From contig JBOGEN010000069.1 in assembly GCA_050743265.1 (NCBI GenBank), positions 1,987 to 65,986 of the forward strand: 64,000 nucleotides of DNA. The letters run 5' to 3'. A program made the translations under genes and the position numbers. Of the stretch, positions 36,103 through 46,172 are shown in pieces. This stretch comes from Actinomycetes bacterium (GTDB lineage: Bacteria > Actinomycetota > Actinomycetes > JBOGEN01). Each line of letters begins with the position of its first letter. The first letter of the stretch is position 1. Under the pieces are notes generated by a model, which worked only from the letters and a program-made list of their open reading frames with translations, did no database searches and was not told the origin of the DNA.

Positions 36103-37395
36103 CTAGCCGGCGTCGGTGCCCTGGTAGCCACGGCTGTACACGGGCTGCTCGAGGAACTCCTTCGGGTCGTACGTCCAGAACTGGCTGACCTTCGGGAAGG
36201 TCTTGGTCGGGACGTTCACGAGCCCGCCGTCCCGCTTCACGACCTTGCGCACGTACACGTTGGACACCGGGCTGTCGTACTCGTCGAGCCGCATCGGCCC
36301 CATCGCCGAGTCCTCGAGCGACACGCCGCGTACCGCCTCGAGGAAGGCCTTGCGGTTCGAAAGGTCACCGTCGACGTCCTCGATCGCCTGGGTCAGCCAC
36401 TGGGCTGCGGTGTACATGGCGCCGGAGTAGTACGAGGGCACCTTGCCGTACCTGTCCTGGTAGGACGCGGCGAAGTCCTGCGTCGCGGGGCTCTCACGCC
36501 CCTCGGCGAAGTGCCCCACCGAGACCAGTCCCTCGGCCTCGTCGCCCATCCCGCGGAGGAGCGACTGGTCCAGCGTCGTCTCCCCGCCGAGGAGCGGCAG
36601 CGAGCCCTTGAGCCCGAAGTCGCTCCAGGCCTTGACGAACTTGGGTCCCTCGGCGCCGACGGTCTCGACGAAGGCGGCGTCCGCGTTCGTGTCCTTGATC
36701 TGCGCCATGTACGTACTGAAGTCCTGCGTGCCGAGGGGGTGCCACAGCTGCTTGACGACCGTGCCCCCCGCGTCGGTGAACGTGTTGACGAAGCCTCCGC
36801 AGGTCTCGTGGCCGAACGCGTAGTCGGTGCACTGGGTGACGATGCGCCGGTACCCCTGGTCGTACGCCCATTGCCCGAAGGGGTGCGTGGTCTGGCTGCT
36901 CGTCCAGCCCGCCACCCGGATGACACCGGGAAGTCGCTCGCGCTGCGTGAGGTCGTCGGCCGAGACCACCGGAAGGAAGATCGGCACGTCCTGCCGGCTC
37001 ATCTCCTCGGCGACGGCGAGCCCGACGTTCGAGAGCAGCGGCCCGACGATGAAGTCGACGCCCTCGCTCTCGACGAGGCGCTGGGCCTTGTTGAGGCCGG
37101 TGGCCGGGTCACCCGCCGTGTCCTCGTCGACGATCTCGACCGTCTTGCCGGCGATCTTCATGCCGTGCTCTTTGAAGTAGAGGTTCCAGCCGTTGAGCAT
37201 GTCCTGGCCGCTGGCCGCCACGGCGCCCGTCTGCGGGGCGAGCACGCCGATCTTGATGGTGTCCGAGTCACCGGCACGCTGCGGGTGGGCCTCCTCCCCG
37301 CCGGGAGCCGAGCAGGCGGCTGCCAGCACGAGGCCGGTCCCCGCGGCGAGAGCCGCCCGCCACCCGTACCACGTTCCTCGTCCTCGCCTGGTCAT
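36103..37395 (-). CDS. ABC transporter substrate-binding lipoprotein (type-1 periplasmic binding protein, Liv/amide-binding family)
   Basis: Lipobox 'LAAAC' and 'IKIGVLAPQTGAVAASG'. Confidence 0.9.
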   Translation of the reverse strand: MTRRGRGTWYGWRAALAAGTGLVLAAACSAPGGEEAHPQRAGDSDTIKIGVLAPQTGAVAASGQDMLNGWNLYFKEHGMKIAGKTVEIVDEDTAGDPATGLNKAQRLVESEGVDFIVGPLLSNVGLAVAEEMSRQDVPIFLPVVSADDLTQRERLPGVIRVAGWTSSQTTHPFGQWAYDQGYRRIVTQCTDYAFGHETCGGFVNTFTDAGGTVVKQLWHPLGTQDFSTYMAQIKDTNADAAFVETVGAEGPKFVKAWSDFGLKGSLPLLGGETTLDQSLLRGMGDEAEGLVSVGHFAEGRESPATQDFAASYQDRYGKVPSYYSGAMYTAAQWLTQAIEDVDGDLSNRKAFLEAVRGVSLEDSAMGPMRLDEYDSPVSNVYVRKVVKRDGGLVNVPTKTFPKVSQFWTYDPKEFLEQPVYSRGYQGTDAG

Positions 37396-37398
37396 CTC

Positions 37399-38439
37399 CT
37401 ACCTCCTGGGGTCGAGGGCCGCGGCACGGTCCGCGGGTTCGGGTTCGGGTTCGGTGGAGCCGACGGGTTCGGGGGTGCCTCCCCCGCCGAGCCGGCGTTC
37501 TCGGCGTCCGAGCCAGCGCCACCAGAGCCGGGACACGCCACCGACGAAGCCGCTCTGGGCGAAGAGGATCGTGCCGATGAAGACGAGCCCCAGCACGGTC
37601 GGCCAGCGCTCCACGTAGACGCTGAGGATGTTCTCGCTCATCACGATCACGAACGCGCCGATGACCGGGCCGATGAGCGTCCCCACGCCCCCGACGATCA
37701 CCATGAGCACGCCGTTGCCCGACACGAGGAACTCGGCGTCCGAGGGGCTGATGAACTCGTTCTGGTACACGAACAGGACGCCGGCGACCGAGGCGAACAG
37801 GCCGGAGAGCATGAACGCGTAGAACTTGTGCAGCGTCGTGCTGTACCCCAGCATTCGGACGCGCTCCTCGCTGTCCCGCATGGCCCGCAGGCCGTACCCG
37901 AACGGCGAGCGGACGACGACCCACAGCAGGCCGCCGGAGAGCAGCAGGAGGGCGAAGCAGAGGTAGTAGTACTTCCAGTACGCCTCGACCGCGGGCGGTC
38001 GGACGATGCCGCGCAGGCCGTTCTCCGCTCCGGTGACCTTGTACATCCGGATGGACAGGCCCCAGACGATCATCCCCATCGCCAGCGTGGCCATGAGGAA
38101 GTAGACGCGGGACGTCCGCATCGCGGTCAGCGCGAACACCGCGGTCGTGCCGAGTCCGACCACGAGGCCCATCCCGATCTGCGCGGCGTAGCCGCCTCCG
38201 TGCGTCGCGACGTACCCGGTGCCGTACGCGGCACTGGCGAGGATGCCCGCGTGTCCGAGGCTGACCATGCCGCCGTAGCCGGCGAGGAGGTCGATGCTCA
38301 TCGCGAAGATCGCGAAGATCAGAGCGAGGGAGACGATGCTCACCAGGTACGCGTCGATCACGTACGGCAGCGCGACGCCCGCGACGACTGCCCCGGCGAG
38401 CAGGCCGAGCTTGACCCGGGCGGTGGGCGAGGACGTCAC
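37399..38439 (-). CDS. livM: Branched-chain amino acid-type ABC permease (LivM-like)
   Basis: Multi-transmembrane; 'SLGHAGILASAAYGTGY'. Confidence 0.9.
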   Translation of the reverse strand: MTSSPTARVKLGLLAGAVVAGVALPYVIDAYLVSIVSLALIFAIFAMSIDLLAGYGGMVSLGHAGILASAAYGTGYVATHGGGYAAQIGMGLVVGLGTTAVFALTAMRTSRVYFLMATLAMGMIVWGLSIRMYKVTGAENGLRGIVRPPAVEAYWKYYYLCFALLLLSGGLLWVVVRSPFGYGLRAMRDSEERVRMLGYSTTLHKFYAFMLSGLFASVAGVLFVYQNEFISPSDAEFLVSGNGVLMVIVGGVGTLIGPVIGAFVIVMSENILSVYVERWPTVLGLVFIGTILFAQSGFVGGVSRLWWRWLGRRERRLGGGGTPEPVGSTEPEPEPADRAAALDPRR

Positions 38440-39299
38440 ACCGGCCTCCCCAGCAGGCCGTGCGGCCGGAGCACGAGGACGATCGCCATGGGGGCGAAGA
38501 GCGTGAAGAAGCTCAGGTCGGGGACGAGCGCGCGCCCGAACGCGTCGAGCAGCCCCACGAGGATGCTGCCGACCGCCGCACCGGGCAGGCTGCCCAGGCC
38601 CCCGATGATGACGACGACGAGGGCGAACAGCAGGATCTCCACGTCCGCACCCGGGACGAGGGAGAGGAACGCGCCCCCGACGACGCCGGACAGACCCGCG
38701 AGCAGGGCGCCAAGCAGGAACACCCCGGTGAAGACCTTCGTGATGTCGATGCCGAGCGCGGCGACCATCTCCCTGTCGTCGACGCCCGCCCGGACGATGG
38801 CGCCGACCCGCGTCCGGCTCTGGAGGTACCAGAGCGCCGCGCCGACGGCGATGCCGAGCAGGGCGACGACGATCCGGAAGCGCGGGTAGCTCACCACACC
38901 GAGGTCGACCGTGCCCGAGACGTACGCCGGCGTGGTCATCTGGATCGGGTCGCCACCCCAGATGGCCAGCGAGAGGTCACCCAGGACGAACGCCACTCCG
39001 ATCGTGAGGAGCACCTCGGGCAGCTCCTGACCCCGGATCCTGCGCAGCAGGAGTCGTTCGACGCCGGCCCCCAGGACCGCGACCGCGATACCACCGGCGA
39101 GGACCGCCAGCCAGAAGCTCCCGGTCGTCACCAGGACGGTGGAGCCGACGTACCCGCCCACGAGGTAGAAGGCCCCGTGACCGAGGTTCACGATGCGCAT
39201 GAGCCCGAAGACGAGCGTGAACCCGGCGGACAGGAGGAACAGCAGACCCCCGAAGCTCAACCCGTTCAGGATCTGGGTCACGACGGAGTCGGGACTCAC
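38436..39299 (-). CDS. livH: Branched-chain amino acid-type ABC permease (LivH-like)
   Basis: 'ILNGLSFGGLLFLLSAGFTLVFGLMRIVNLGHGAFYLVG' is the LivH consensus; the start is approximate (GTG near 39299). Confidence 0.85.
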   Translation of the reverse strand: MSPDSVVTQILNGLSFGGLLFLLSAGFTLVFGLMRIVNLGHGAFYLVGGYVGSTVLVTTGSFWLAVLAGGIAVAVLGAGVERLLLRRIRGQELPEVLLTIGVAFVLGDLSLAIWGGDPIQMTTPAYVSGTVDLGVVSYPRFRIVVALLGIAVGAALWYLQSRTRVGAIVRAGVDDREMVAALGIDITKVFTGVFLLGALLAGLSGVVGGAFLSLVPGADVEILLFALVVVIIGGLGSLPGAAVGSILVGLLDAFGRALVPDLSFFTLFAPMAIVLVLRPHGLLGRPV

Positions 39300-39464
39300 G
39301 GCCGACCCCCTCCGCCTCGGCCTCTCATGAACCTCGCGGAGGTCACCGGCCTCGCCCACCTCACCGACCTCACCGGCGCGCTGCAGCCCGCGTCGTCACG
39401 GCCCGGGAGGTCCGGGCGCGGCAGCAGGTCGACGGCACGCATCGGTTCGTCTCCAGAGAGGGGC

Positions 39465-40469
39465 TCAGTCGATGTCGATCATGATCTTGAGCTCGCCGCG
39501 TGCGCCTCCGCACGCCTCGAGCGCGGCAGCCGCGTCGCCGAGGCTGTAGACGGACGTGACGAGCGGGGCGAGCCGCACGACGCCCCGGGCCGTGAGCGCG
39601 ATGGCACGGGCGTAGTCGCGGGGGCGTGCGGCTCTCGAGGCACGGATGTCGAGCTCCTTGTAGTACAACTCGTAGTACGGGAATTCGCCCGAGCGCTCCG
39701 TGATGGTCCCGTAGGCCAGGACCGTGGCCCCGACACCGGCCAGGGAGATGCCCTGCCGCAGGGCCGCGAGGGAGCCGACCGACTCCACGACGAGGTCCGC
39801 GCCCGCCCCCTGCGTGAGGTCGTCGACACACGCACCCGCCTCGTCCGGGGTCACGGCCGCGTCGATGCCCAGCGTGCGGGCGAGCTCGAGCTTGGCCGGC
39901 GTCCGGCCGACGCCGACGACCGTCACGCCGCGCGCGCCGAGCAGCTGGGCGTGCAGCAGACCGCTGACCCCGAGCCCCACCACCACCGCGGTCTGACCCG
40001 GGAAGACGTCGACGAGCGTCTGCGCGTGGACGCACGTGCCCAGCACCTGGAGTACCGGCGCCTCCTCTCGGGCCACCGCGTCCGGCAGCACGTGGAGCTG
40101 GCGCTCCTCGACGGCGACGTACTCGGCGAAGCCGCCGTCGACGTCCCGGCCGAGCAGGGAGCCCTTCGTACAGAGGTGCCCGCGGTCGGCCAGGCACAGC
40201 CGGCATGTGCCGCACGCCCGGGACGGGTCGACGAGCACACGGGAGCCTTCGGGCGGGGACCCCGAGGGACCGGCACGCACCACCGTCCCGACGAGCTCGT
40301 GCCCGAGGACCCGTGGCAGCTGCGTGGGGATGCCGCCGTGGAGGATCTTGACGTCGGTTCCGCAGATGCCCGCCCGGTGCACCCCGACCACCGCACGGTC
40401 GTCAGCAGCCGGCTCGGGCACGTCACGGACCGCGACGACCCCTGGTGCCTCCATGACGGCTGCTCTCAC
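39465..40469 (-). CDS. Zinc-binding alcohol dehydrogenase (MDR family)
   Basis: 'GICGTDVKILHG', 'GHELVGTV' and 'CGTCRLCLADRGHLC'. Confidence 0.85.
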   Translation of the reverse strand: MRAAVMEAPGVVAVRDVPEPAADDRAVVGVHRAGICGTDVKILHGGIPTQLPRVLGHELVGTVVRAGPSGSPPEGSRVLVDPSRACGTCRLCLADRGHLCTKGSLLGRDVDGGFAEYVAVEERQLHVLPDAVAREEAPVLQVLGTCVHAQTLVDVFPGQTAVVVGLGVSGLLHAQLLGARGVTVVGVGRTPAKLELARTLGIDAAVTPDEAGACVDDLTQGAGADLVVESVGSLAALRQGISLAGVGATVLAYGTITERSGEFPYYELYYKELDIRASRAARPRDYARAIALTARGVVRLAPLVTSVYSLGDAAAALEACGGARGELKIMIDID

Positions 40470-40578
40470 GCGGCGGGCTTCCCATTCGCCGGATATGTCC
40501 TAGATGTACGTTGCAGAATGTAGGATTCACCCCGGGTCGTCAAGGCTCGTCGACGGACAGTAGCCACCGGAGGACGGG

Positions 40579-41283
40579 CTACTCCGCCGTCTCGAGGGCC
40601 CCGACCGTGGCGTCCAGGTGGTGCAGCTCGACCTCGGCAGCCGCGTCACCGTCACGCCGGCGGAACGCGGCGAGAAGCTGGCGGTGGTCCTCGTTGCCGT
40701 CGCTCATCCGCTCGGGTCGGAGCTTGATCGAGAACCCCACGTAGATGGCCGCACTGTCACGCAGGCTCTCGAGGATCGCCTGAAGCCGCGGCAGGCCGGA
40801 CGCATCGGCGAACAGCGCGTGGAACCGGCGGTTGAGGTCCACCCACTGCCCCGGGTCGTCCTGCGACTCCATCCGGCGGGCCAGGTCCTCCGCCTCGTCC
40901 AGCGCCTCGTCGCTCATGCGCTCGACGGCGTGCCGGATCGACAGGGGCTCGAGCACCCGCCGGAGCTGGTAGATCTCGCGGACCTCGTCCTCCTTGAGCT
41001 CGCGCACGATCGCGCCCCGGTGGGGGTCGAGACGGATCAGCCCCTCGGTCGCGAGGTCGCGCAGTGCCTCCCGGAGGGGCGTCGTGCTGACGCCGAGCTG
41101 CTTCGCGACGTCTGCCTGGACGAGGCGGGCGCCACCGGCCAGGTCACCGCTGAGAATGAGCCGCCGTAGCGTGTCGTGGACGAACTGGTGCGCGGTGCGC
41201 GTCCGCGGAGCCCCGACGAGACCGAGGAGCGCGGTCGGGCTCCCCGCGGCGCCGGACGGGCCACCTGACTCGGTCAATGACAC
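40579..41283 (-). CDS. GntR family transcriptional regulator (FadR/FCD subfamily)
   Basis: The HTH 'VAKQLGVSTTPLREALRDLATEGLI' and a C-terminal FCD domain. The GTG start appears leaderless: TAAATT lies 7 nt upstream. Confidence 0.8.
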   Translation of the reverse strand: MSLTESGGPSGAAGSPTALLGLVGAPRTRTAHQFVHDTLRRLILSGDLAGGARLVQADVAKQLGVSTTPLREALRDLATEGLIRLDPHRGAIVRELKEDEVREIYQLRRVLEPLSIRHAVERMSDEALDEAEDLARRMESQDDPGQWVDLNRRFHALFADASGLPRLQAILESLRDSAAIYVGFSIKLRPERMSDGNEDHRQLLAAFRRRDGDAAAEVELHHLDATVGALETAE

Positions 41284-41290
41284 ATTGTGT
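41280..41290. promoter_or_regulatory. Palindrome ACACA-T-TGTGT overlapping the GntR start codon and TSS region, within the divergent GntR/amidohydrolase promoter region
   Basis: Perfect 5-bp arms inside an AT-rich divergent intergenic region; this is a typical position for an autoregulatory GntR operator. Confidence 0.3.
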
Positions 41291-41348
41291 AATTTACGTG
41301 ATCGGTGGTTGAGATGACAACGAACGAGAACGTGCGACCAGGAGGGAC

Positions 41349-42359
41349 GTGCCCGACGTGCCCGGTTCCGTGATCGACATCCACTCCCATGTGGGGACCC
41401 CCGCCTGCCAGGCGCTCGTCGAGGGCCTCGACCCGCGCCGCCTGGAGCCGTTCTCGTACTACGGCGGCCAGGAGTCGAACGCCTACAACGCGCGCCACTT
41501 CGCCGACCTGCTGCCCAAGCTCACCGACCCCGAGGTCCGGCTCGCCGACATGGCGCGTGCGGGCATCGAGGTGCAGGCGCTGTCGGTCGCGCCGCCGCAG
41601 TACTACTACTGGGTCGACCCGACGCTCGGGCGACGTCTGGCCCGGATGCAGAACGACCATCTCGCCGAGCTCGTGGCCGGCTACCCGGACCGCTTCGTGG
41701 GGCTGGCCACCGTCCCCCTGCAGGACGTCGAGGGCGCCGTCGAGGAGCTGCGGTACGCCGTCGGGCACCTGGGCTTCCGCGGCGTCGAGATCTGCACGAA
41801 CGTCAACGGGATCGACCTGGACGACCGGAGGTTCCGCCCGTTCTTCGCGGCGGCGGCCGAGCTCGGCGTGCTCGTCATGCTGCACCCGCACGGCTTCACC
41901 CACGGGGAGCGCCTCACCGAGTACTACCTGAGCAACGTGGTCGGCAACCCGCTCGACTCGACGCTCGCGATGACGCGGATGATCCACGGAGGCGTCCTCG
42001 AGCAGTTTCCCGACCTGACCGTGTGCGTCGTGCACGGGGGCGGCTACCTGCCGTTCTACGCCTCGCGCATGGACCACGCGTACGAGAGCCGGCCCGAGGG
42101 GGGTCACCACATCACGCGTCCCCCGAGCAGCTACCTCCGCCAGACGTACGTCGACTGCCTCGTGTTCGACGAGGCGCACCTGGGCTTCCTCGTCCAGCAG
42201 ATGGGCGCAGACCGCGTCCTGCTCGGCACGGACTACCCGTACGACATGGGCTACTACGAGCCGCTGCGTCAGATCGAGAAGGTGCCCGGTCTCTCGGCCG
42301 ACCAGCGCGCGCTCATCCGCGGCGACACCGCGGCGCGGCTCCTCAAGCTCGACCCCTGA
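41349..42359 (+). CDS. Amidohydrolase-2 family protein (ACMSD-like metal-dependent decarboxylase/hydrolase)
   Basis: 'VIDIHSHVG' and 'LGTDYPYDMG'; AGGAGGG RBS. Confidence 0.85.
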   Translation: MPDVPGSVIDIHSHVGTPACQALVEGLDPRRLEPFSYYGGQESNAYNARHFADLLPKLTDPEVRLADMARAGIEVQALSVAPPQYYYWVDPTLGRRLARMQNDHLAELVAGYPDRFVGLATVPLQDVEGAVEELRYAVGHLGFRGVEICTNVNGIDLDDRRFRPFFAAAAELGVLVMLHPHGFTHGERLTEYYLSNVVGNPLDSTLAMTRMIHGGVLEQFPDLTVCVVHGGGYLPFYASRMDHAYESRPEGGHHITRPPSSYLRQTYVDCLVFDEAHLGFLVQQMGADRVLLGTDYPYDMGYYEPLRQIEKVPGLSADQRALIRGDTAARLLKLDP

Positions 42360-42422
42360 GCCTCGATCTCGACCCCGACTCTCAGACTCGACCCCGCCTC
42401 TCAAGCTCGACCCCTGAGCCTC
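42340..42422. repeat. ~24-bp direct repeat 'aagctcgacccctgagcctcgatc' (2 copies) spanning the stop codon and intergenic region
   Basis: The first copy includes the last codons and stop of the amidohydrolase; the second lies ~55 bp downstream, with further ctcgacc(c/t) motifs between them. Confidence 0.5.
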
Positions 42423-42468
42423 GATCGCGACCCTGGGTCGAGTCGACCCCCCGGAGTGAGGAGCAGCG

Positions 42469-43353
42469 ATGGGACAGACGGTTGGCGTCGTCGGCCTCGG
42501 CATCATGGGGTCGGCCTTCGCGACGAACCTGACCGCGGCCGGCTTCGACGTCCTCGGCCACGACGTGGATGCCGCGCGGTACGGCCCGCTGGAAGAGCAC
42601 GGAGTCGAGGCGGTGCCGTCACTCGCGGACCTGGGTCGTCGCGCGTCCGTCGTCATCACCTCCCTGCCGTCCGCCGCGGCCCTGGACGACGTCGTCACCG
42701 GACTCGAAGAGGTCGACGGGCACGGCCGCGTGCTCGCCGAGGCCGGGACGCTGCCGGTGGCGACGAAGGAGTCCGCAGCCCGACGCCTGGGAGCCCGCGG
42801 CTTCACGGTGCTCGACACGCCGATCAGCGGTACCGGCGCGCAGGCGGTGACGCGCGACCTCAGCGTGTACGCGAGCGGCGACCGGAACGCCGTCGACGCG
42901 TGCGCGCCCGTGTTCGCCGGCTTCGCGCGGTCATGCCACTACGTCGGCGACTTCGGCATGGGGATGACGGTCAAGCTCGTCGCCAACCTGCTCGTCGCCG
43001 TGCACAACACCGCCGCGGCCGAGGCGCTCCTGCTCGGGCAACGGGCCGGGGTGGACCCGCAGACCCTGCTCGACGTGCTCACCGACGGCGCGGGGACGTC
43101 GCGCATGCTCGAGGTGCGCGGTCCGCTCATGCTCGCGGGCGCGTACGAGCCGGCGACCGCGAGCGTCGAGATGTTCAAGAAGGACCTCGGGCTGATCTCG
43201 TCCCTCGCCGCGGCGCACGACAGCCCCGTCCCGCTGCTGGCCGCGACGGCGCAGCTGTACGCCGCGGCGATGGCCCAGGGCCGGCACTCCCAGGACGCGG
43301 CCGCGGTGATGGCGGTGCTCGAGCAGATGGCAGGCAGCCCGCCCGGCGGTTGA
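42469..43353 (+). CDS. NAD(P)-dependent oxidoreductase (3-hydroxyisobutyrate dehydrogenase/tartronate-semialdehyde reductase family)
   Basis: 'VGVVGLGIMGSAFATNL' with a C-terminal 6-phosphogluconate-dehydrogenase-like helix domain. Confidence 0.85.
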   Translation: MGQTVGVVGLGIMGSAFATNLTAAGFDVLGHDVDAARYGPLEEHGVEAVPSLADLGRRASVVITSLPSAAALDDVVTGLEEVDGHGRVLAEAGTLPVATKESAARRLGARGFTVLDTPISGTGAQAVTRDLSVYASGDRNAVDACAPVFAGFARSCHYVGDFGMGMTVKLVANLLVAVHNTAAAEALLLGQRAGVDPQTLLDVLTDGAGTSRMLEVRGPLMLAGAYEPATASVEMFKKDLGLISSLAAAHDSPVPLLAATAQLYAAAMAQGRHSQDAAAVMAVLEQMAGSPPGG

Positions 43354-43388
43354 CCGGGCAGGGGCCAAACCGGTACACATCGTGCATC

Positions 43389-44492
43389 ATGCAGCATTCT
43401 GGGAACGCCCGGGTGGCGCACCAGGAGGGTGCTGAGGAGACCCAGCCGGCGGACGCCGCTTCGACCCTCTCGGGGTTCCGCGTCCACGCGTGGGGCGGCC
43501 CGCTCGTCCGCGAGGAGTGGCCGCGCGCGGAACCGGGTCCGGGTGAGCTGCGCGTCGACGTCGAGGCCTGCGGCGTCGGACGCACGGTGCTCAACTGCAT
43601 CGCCGGGGACCTCGCGGACGGCCGGGCGAGGCTGCCCCGTGTTCCAGGACACGAGCTGGTCGGCCGGGTCGCACGCGTCGGGCCCGGAGTGGACCCGACC
43701 CGGATCGGCGAGCGCGTCGTCGCGTACTTCTACCGGTTCTGCGGTCGGTGCCACGAGTGCGCGGACGGGCGGCAGTCGCGCTGTGCCGCACTCGACGGGT
43801 TCGTCGGCGTGCACAGCGACGGCGGGTACGCGCCGAGCGCAGTCCTCCCCGCCCGCAACGCCGTGCCTGTCCCGGACGGGCTCGACCCCGTCGCCGCGAC
43901 CGTGGTGCCGGACGCGGTGGCCACGCCCGTCCACGTGTGCGAGCAGCGTGCCCGTGTCACTGCCGGGGACCGCGTCGTCGTCATCGGGGCCGGCGGCGGC
44001 GTCGGTGTCCACCTGGTGCAGGTGGCGCTGCTCCACGGGGCCCGCGTCGTCGGGCTGGACGTCGGGGACGAGAAGCTGGCGGCCGTCGAACGCCTCGGCG
44101 CAGTCGCCCGGGACTCGACGCGCTTCGACGCCGTCGATCCCGCGGCGCTCTGGCCGGACGGTCCGCCTCACGTCGTCGTCGACCTGCTCGGCTCGGACGA
44201 CAGCCTCCCGTGGTCGGCCGCGGCGCTGGGCACGGGCGGGCGGCTCGTCGTCCTCACGACCTTCCCCGGGCAGGCGCTCGCCGTCGAGCCCCGTGAGCTC
44301 GTCTTCCGCGAGGCGTCGCTGGTGGGGTCGCGGTACGCCTCGGTCGCGGAGGTCACCACCGCGGCCCGGCTGGTGGCGTCCGGGCGGGTGACCCCGGTGG
44401 TCGGCGAGGTGGTCGGCCCCGACGGGATCGCCGGGCTGCACGAGGGGCTGCGCGACGGCCTGCTGGTCGGGCGAGGGGCGCTGGTGTGGTGA
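43389..44492 (+). CDS. Zinc-binding alcohol dehydrogenase family protein
   Basis: 'GHELVGRV' and 'CGRCHECADGRQSRC'; start approximate. The first ~310 residues of the 42456 ORF are R-rich and spurious. Confidence 0.8.
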   Translation: MQHSGNARVAHQEGAEETQPADAASTLSGFRVHAWGGPLVREEWPRAEPGPGELRVDVEACGVGRTVLNCIAGDLADGRARLPRVPGHELVGRVARVGPGVDPTRIGERVVAYFYRFCGRCHECADGRQSRCAALDGFVGVHSDGGYAPSAVLPARNAVPVPDGLDPVAATVVPDAVATPVHVCEQRARVTAGDRVVVIGAGGGVGVHLVQVALLHGARVVGLDVGDEKLAAVERLGAVARDSTRFDAVDPAALWPDGPPHVVVDLLGSDDSLPWSAAALGTGGRLVVLTTFPGQALAVEPRELVFREASLVGSRYASVAEVTTAARLVASGRVTPVVGEVVGPDGIAGLHEGLRDGLLVGRGALVW

Positions 44493-46147
44493 GCAGCCGA
44501 GCGGAGGCTCCCGACCCTCCCCGCCTGCCGGACGAGGTGGACGGCGTCTTCGTCGGCGGCGGGCACAACGCGCTCGTGGCGGCGGCCTACCTCGCCCGAT
44601 GCGGGCTCTCGGTGCTGGTCCTCGAGCAGGGGGACCGGCTCGGCGGCGGGGTCACGACGGCGGAGGTCACGCTGCCCGCGTACCGGCACAACCTGCACGC
44701 GTTCTTCGTCCGGTGGACGCCGGAGGACCCGGTCTGGCACGACCTCGGCCTCGGCGCCACCGGCGTCCGTACGCTCCGGCCGGACGTCCAGAACGCGATC
44801 CCGTTCGCGGACGGGACCGACGCGCTGCTCACGTACCGCGACCTGCCGCGGAGCCTGGAGGCGATCGCGCGGCTCTCCAGCGCGGACGCCGAGGCGTACG
44901 CCAAGGCGCACGCCGACTACCGCGAGCTGACCCAGCGCATCATCGCGCCCTTGCGGTGCACGCCACCCCTGCCACGCGAGGAGGAGGAGCACCTGCTCGG
45001 ACGCAGCGCCCTGGGCCGTCGCTTCCTCGACCTCGCCGGCCGCTCGGCGCTCGAGCTGGTCACCGACGGCTTCAGCAGCGAGCCGCTGCGCGCGCTCGTC
45101 GCGTTCAACGTGGCCGTCCGGGGATACCTGCCGGTCATCGACGTCCCCGGAACCGGCTACTGCACCGTGATGGCCCTGCCCAACTCGCACGAGGGCCGCA
45201 TGGTCGTCGGCGGCAGCGCGGAGATGGTGCGCGCCATCACCGCGTCGCTGTCCGCGGCGGGTGGACAGGCCGCCGTCCGCTCGCCGGTCGCGTCCATCGA
45301 CGTGGAGAACGGACGCGCGGTCGGCGTGACCACGGCGCAGGGTCGCCGCGTCCGGGCCATGCGCTTCGTCGCCAGCGGGGTTCCCGCACCGCAGACCCTG
45401 CTCGACCTCGTCGGCCGCCACCACCTCGACGGGTCCCTCGTCCGGGCGATGCGTGACTACCGCTGGCTCGAGGAGGGCCTCTTCGGCGTCCACCTCGCCC
45501 TCGACCGGCGTCCCCGGTTCGCCGCCGAGGGGCGCCACCCCGAGATGCCGTACGCCCTCAACCTCGCCCTCGGGTACGAGTCCGTCGACGACCTGCTGGC
45601 CGACCAGCTCGCCATCAGGGACAGGCGGCTGAGCGACACGGTCGCCCTGCACGCGAGCATCCCCACGGCGAACGACCCGACGCAGGCACCGCCCGGCCGG
45701 CACACCGCCTTCGGCTGGCAGTTCGTCGCCTCGTACGCACCGGACGGCGCCGACCGCATCTGGGACGACGCGGCCAGCCGACGCCAGGCCGACGCGGCGG
45801 TGGCCACGTTCGCGCGGTACGCCCCCGGCGTCGCGGGGACGGCCCAGGCAGCCGTCTCCCACTCGCCGACCGACACGCAACGGATGCTGCCCTCGATGCC
45901 GCGAGGCGACCGCCACCACGGCAGCTACCACCCGGACAACTGGGGGGCAGGCCGCCCGCACCCGTCCGTGTCCGGCTACCGCACGCCGGTCGACGGGCTC
46001 TACCTGTGCGGCGCGACGCAGCACCCGGGCGGCAGCTTCACCGGTCATCCCGGCTACAACGCCGCGGGCGTGATCGCGGACGACCTCGGTCTTGACGTCT
46101 GGTGGGACCGCCCCGACGCGCGGGCGGTACTCCTGGACCTGGAATGA
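44486..46147 (+). CDS. FAD/NAD(P)-dependent oxidoreductase (phytoene desaturase/amine-oxidase-like)
   Basis: 'VFVGGGHNALVAAAYLARCGLSVLVLEQGDRLGG' is the dinucleotide-binding motif. Confidence 0.85.
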   Translation: MVSSRAEAPDPPRLPDEVDGVFVGGGHNALVAAAYLARCGLSVLVLEQGDRLGGGVTTAEVTLPAYRHNLHAFFVRWTPEDPVWHDLGLGATGVRTLRPDVQNAIPFADGTDALLTYRDLPRSLEAIARLSSADAEAYAKAHADYRELTQRIIAPLRCTPPLPREEEEHLLGRSALGRRFLDLAGRSALELVTDGFSSEPLRALVAFNVAVRGYLPVIDVPGTGYCTVMALPNSHEGRMVVGGSAEMVRAITASLSAAGGQAAVRSPVASIDVENGRAVGVTTAQGRRVRAMRFVASGVPAPQTLLDLVGRHHLDGSLVRAMRDYRWLEEGLFGVHLALDRRPRFAAEGRHPEMPYALNLALGYESVDDLLADQLAIRDRRLSDTVALHASIPTANDPTQAPPGRHTAFGWQFVASYAPDGADRIWDDAASRRQADAAVATFARYAPGVAGTAQAAVSHSPTDTQRMLPSMPRGDRHHGSYHPDNWGAGRPHPSVSGYRTPVDGLYLCGATQHPGGSFTGHPGYNAAGVIADDLGLDVWWDRPDARAVLLDLE

Positions 46148-46172
46148 CGCAACGAGACGAGCGGAGGACGAC

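Noticed and set aside
35467-38889. 1140-aa plus-strand ORF, the longest in the window
   Set aside because: It is antisense to the livG, binding-protein, livM and livH genes, which have clear ABC-transporter motifs. Its translation is R/H/G/D/E-rich with no domain signatures. This is an artefact of stop-codon depletion in 72% GC DNA.
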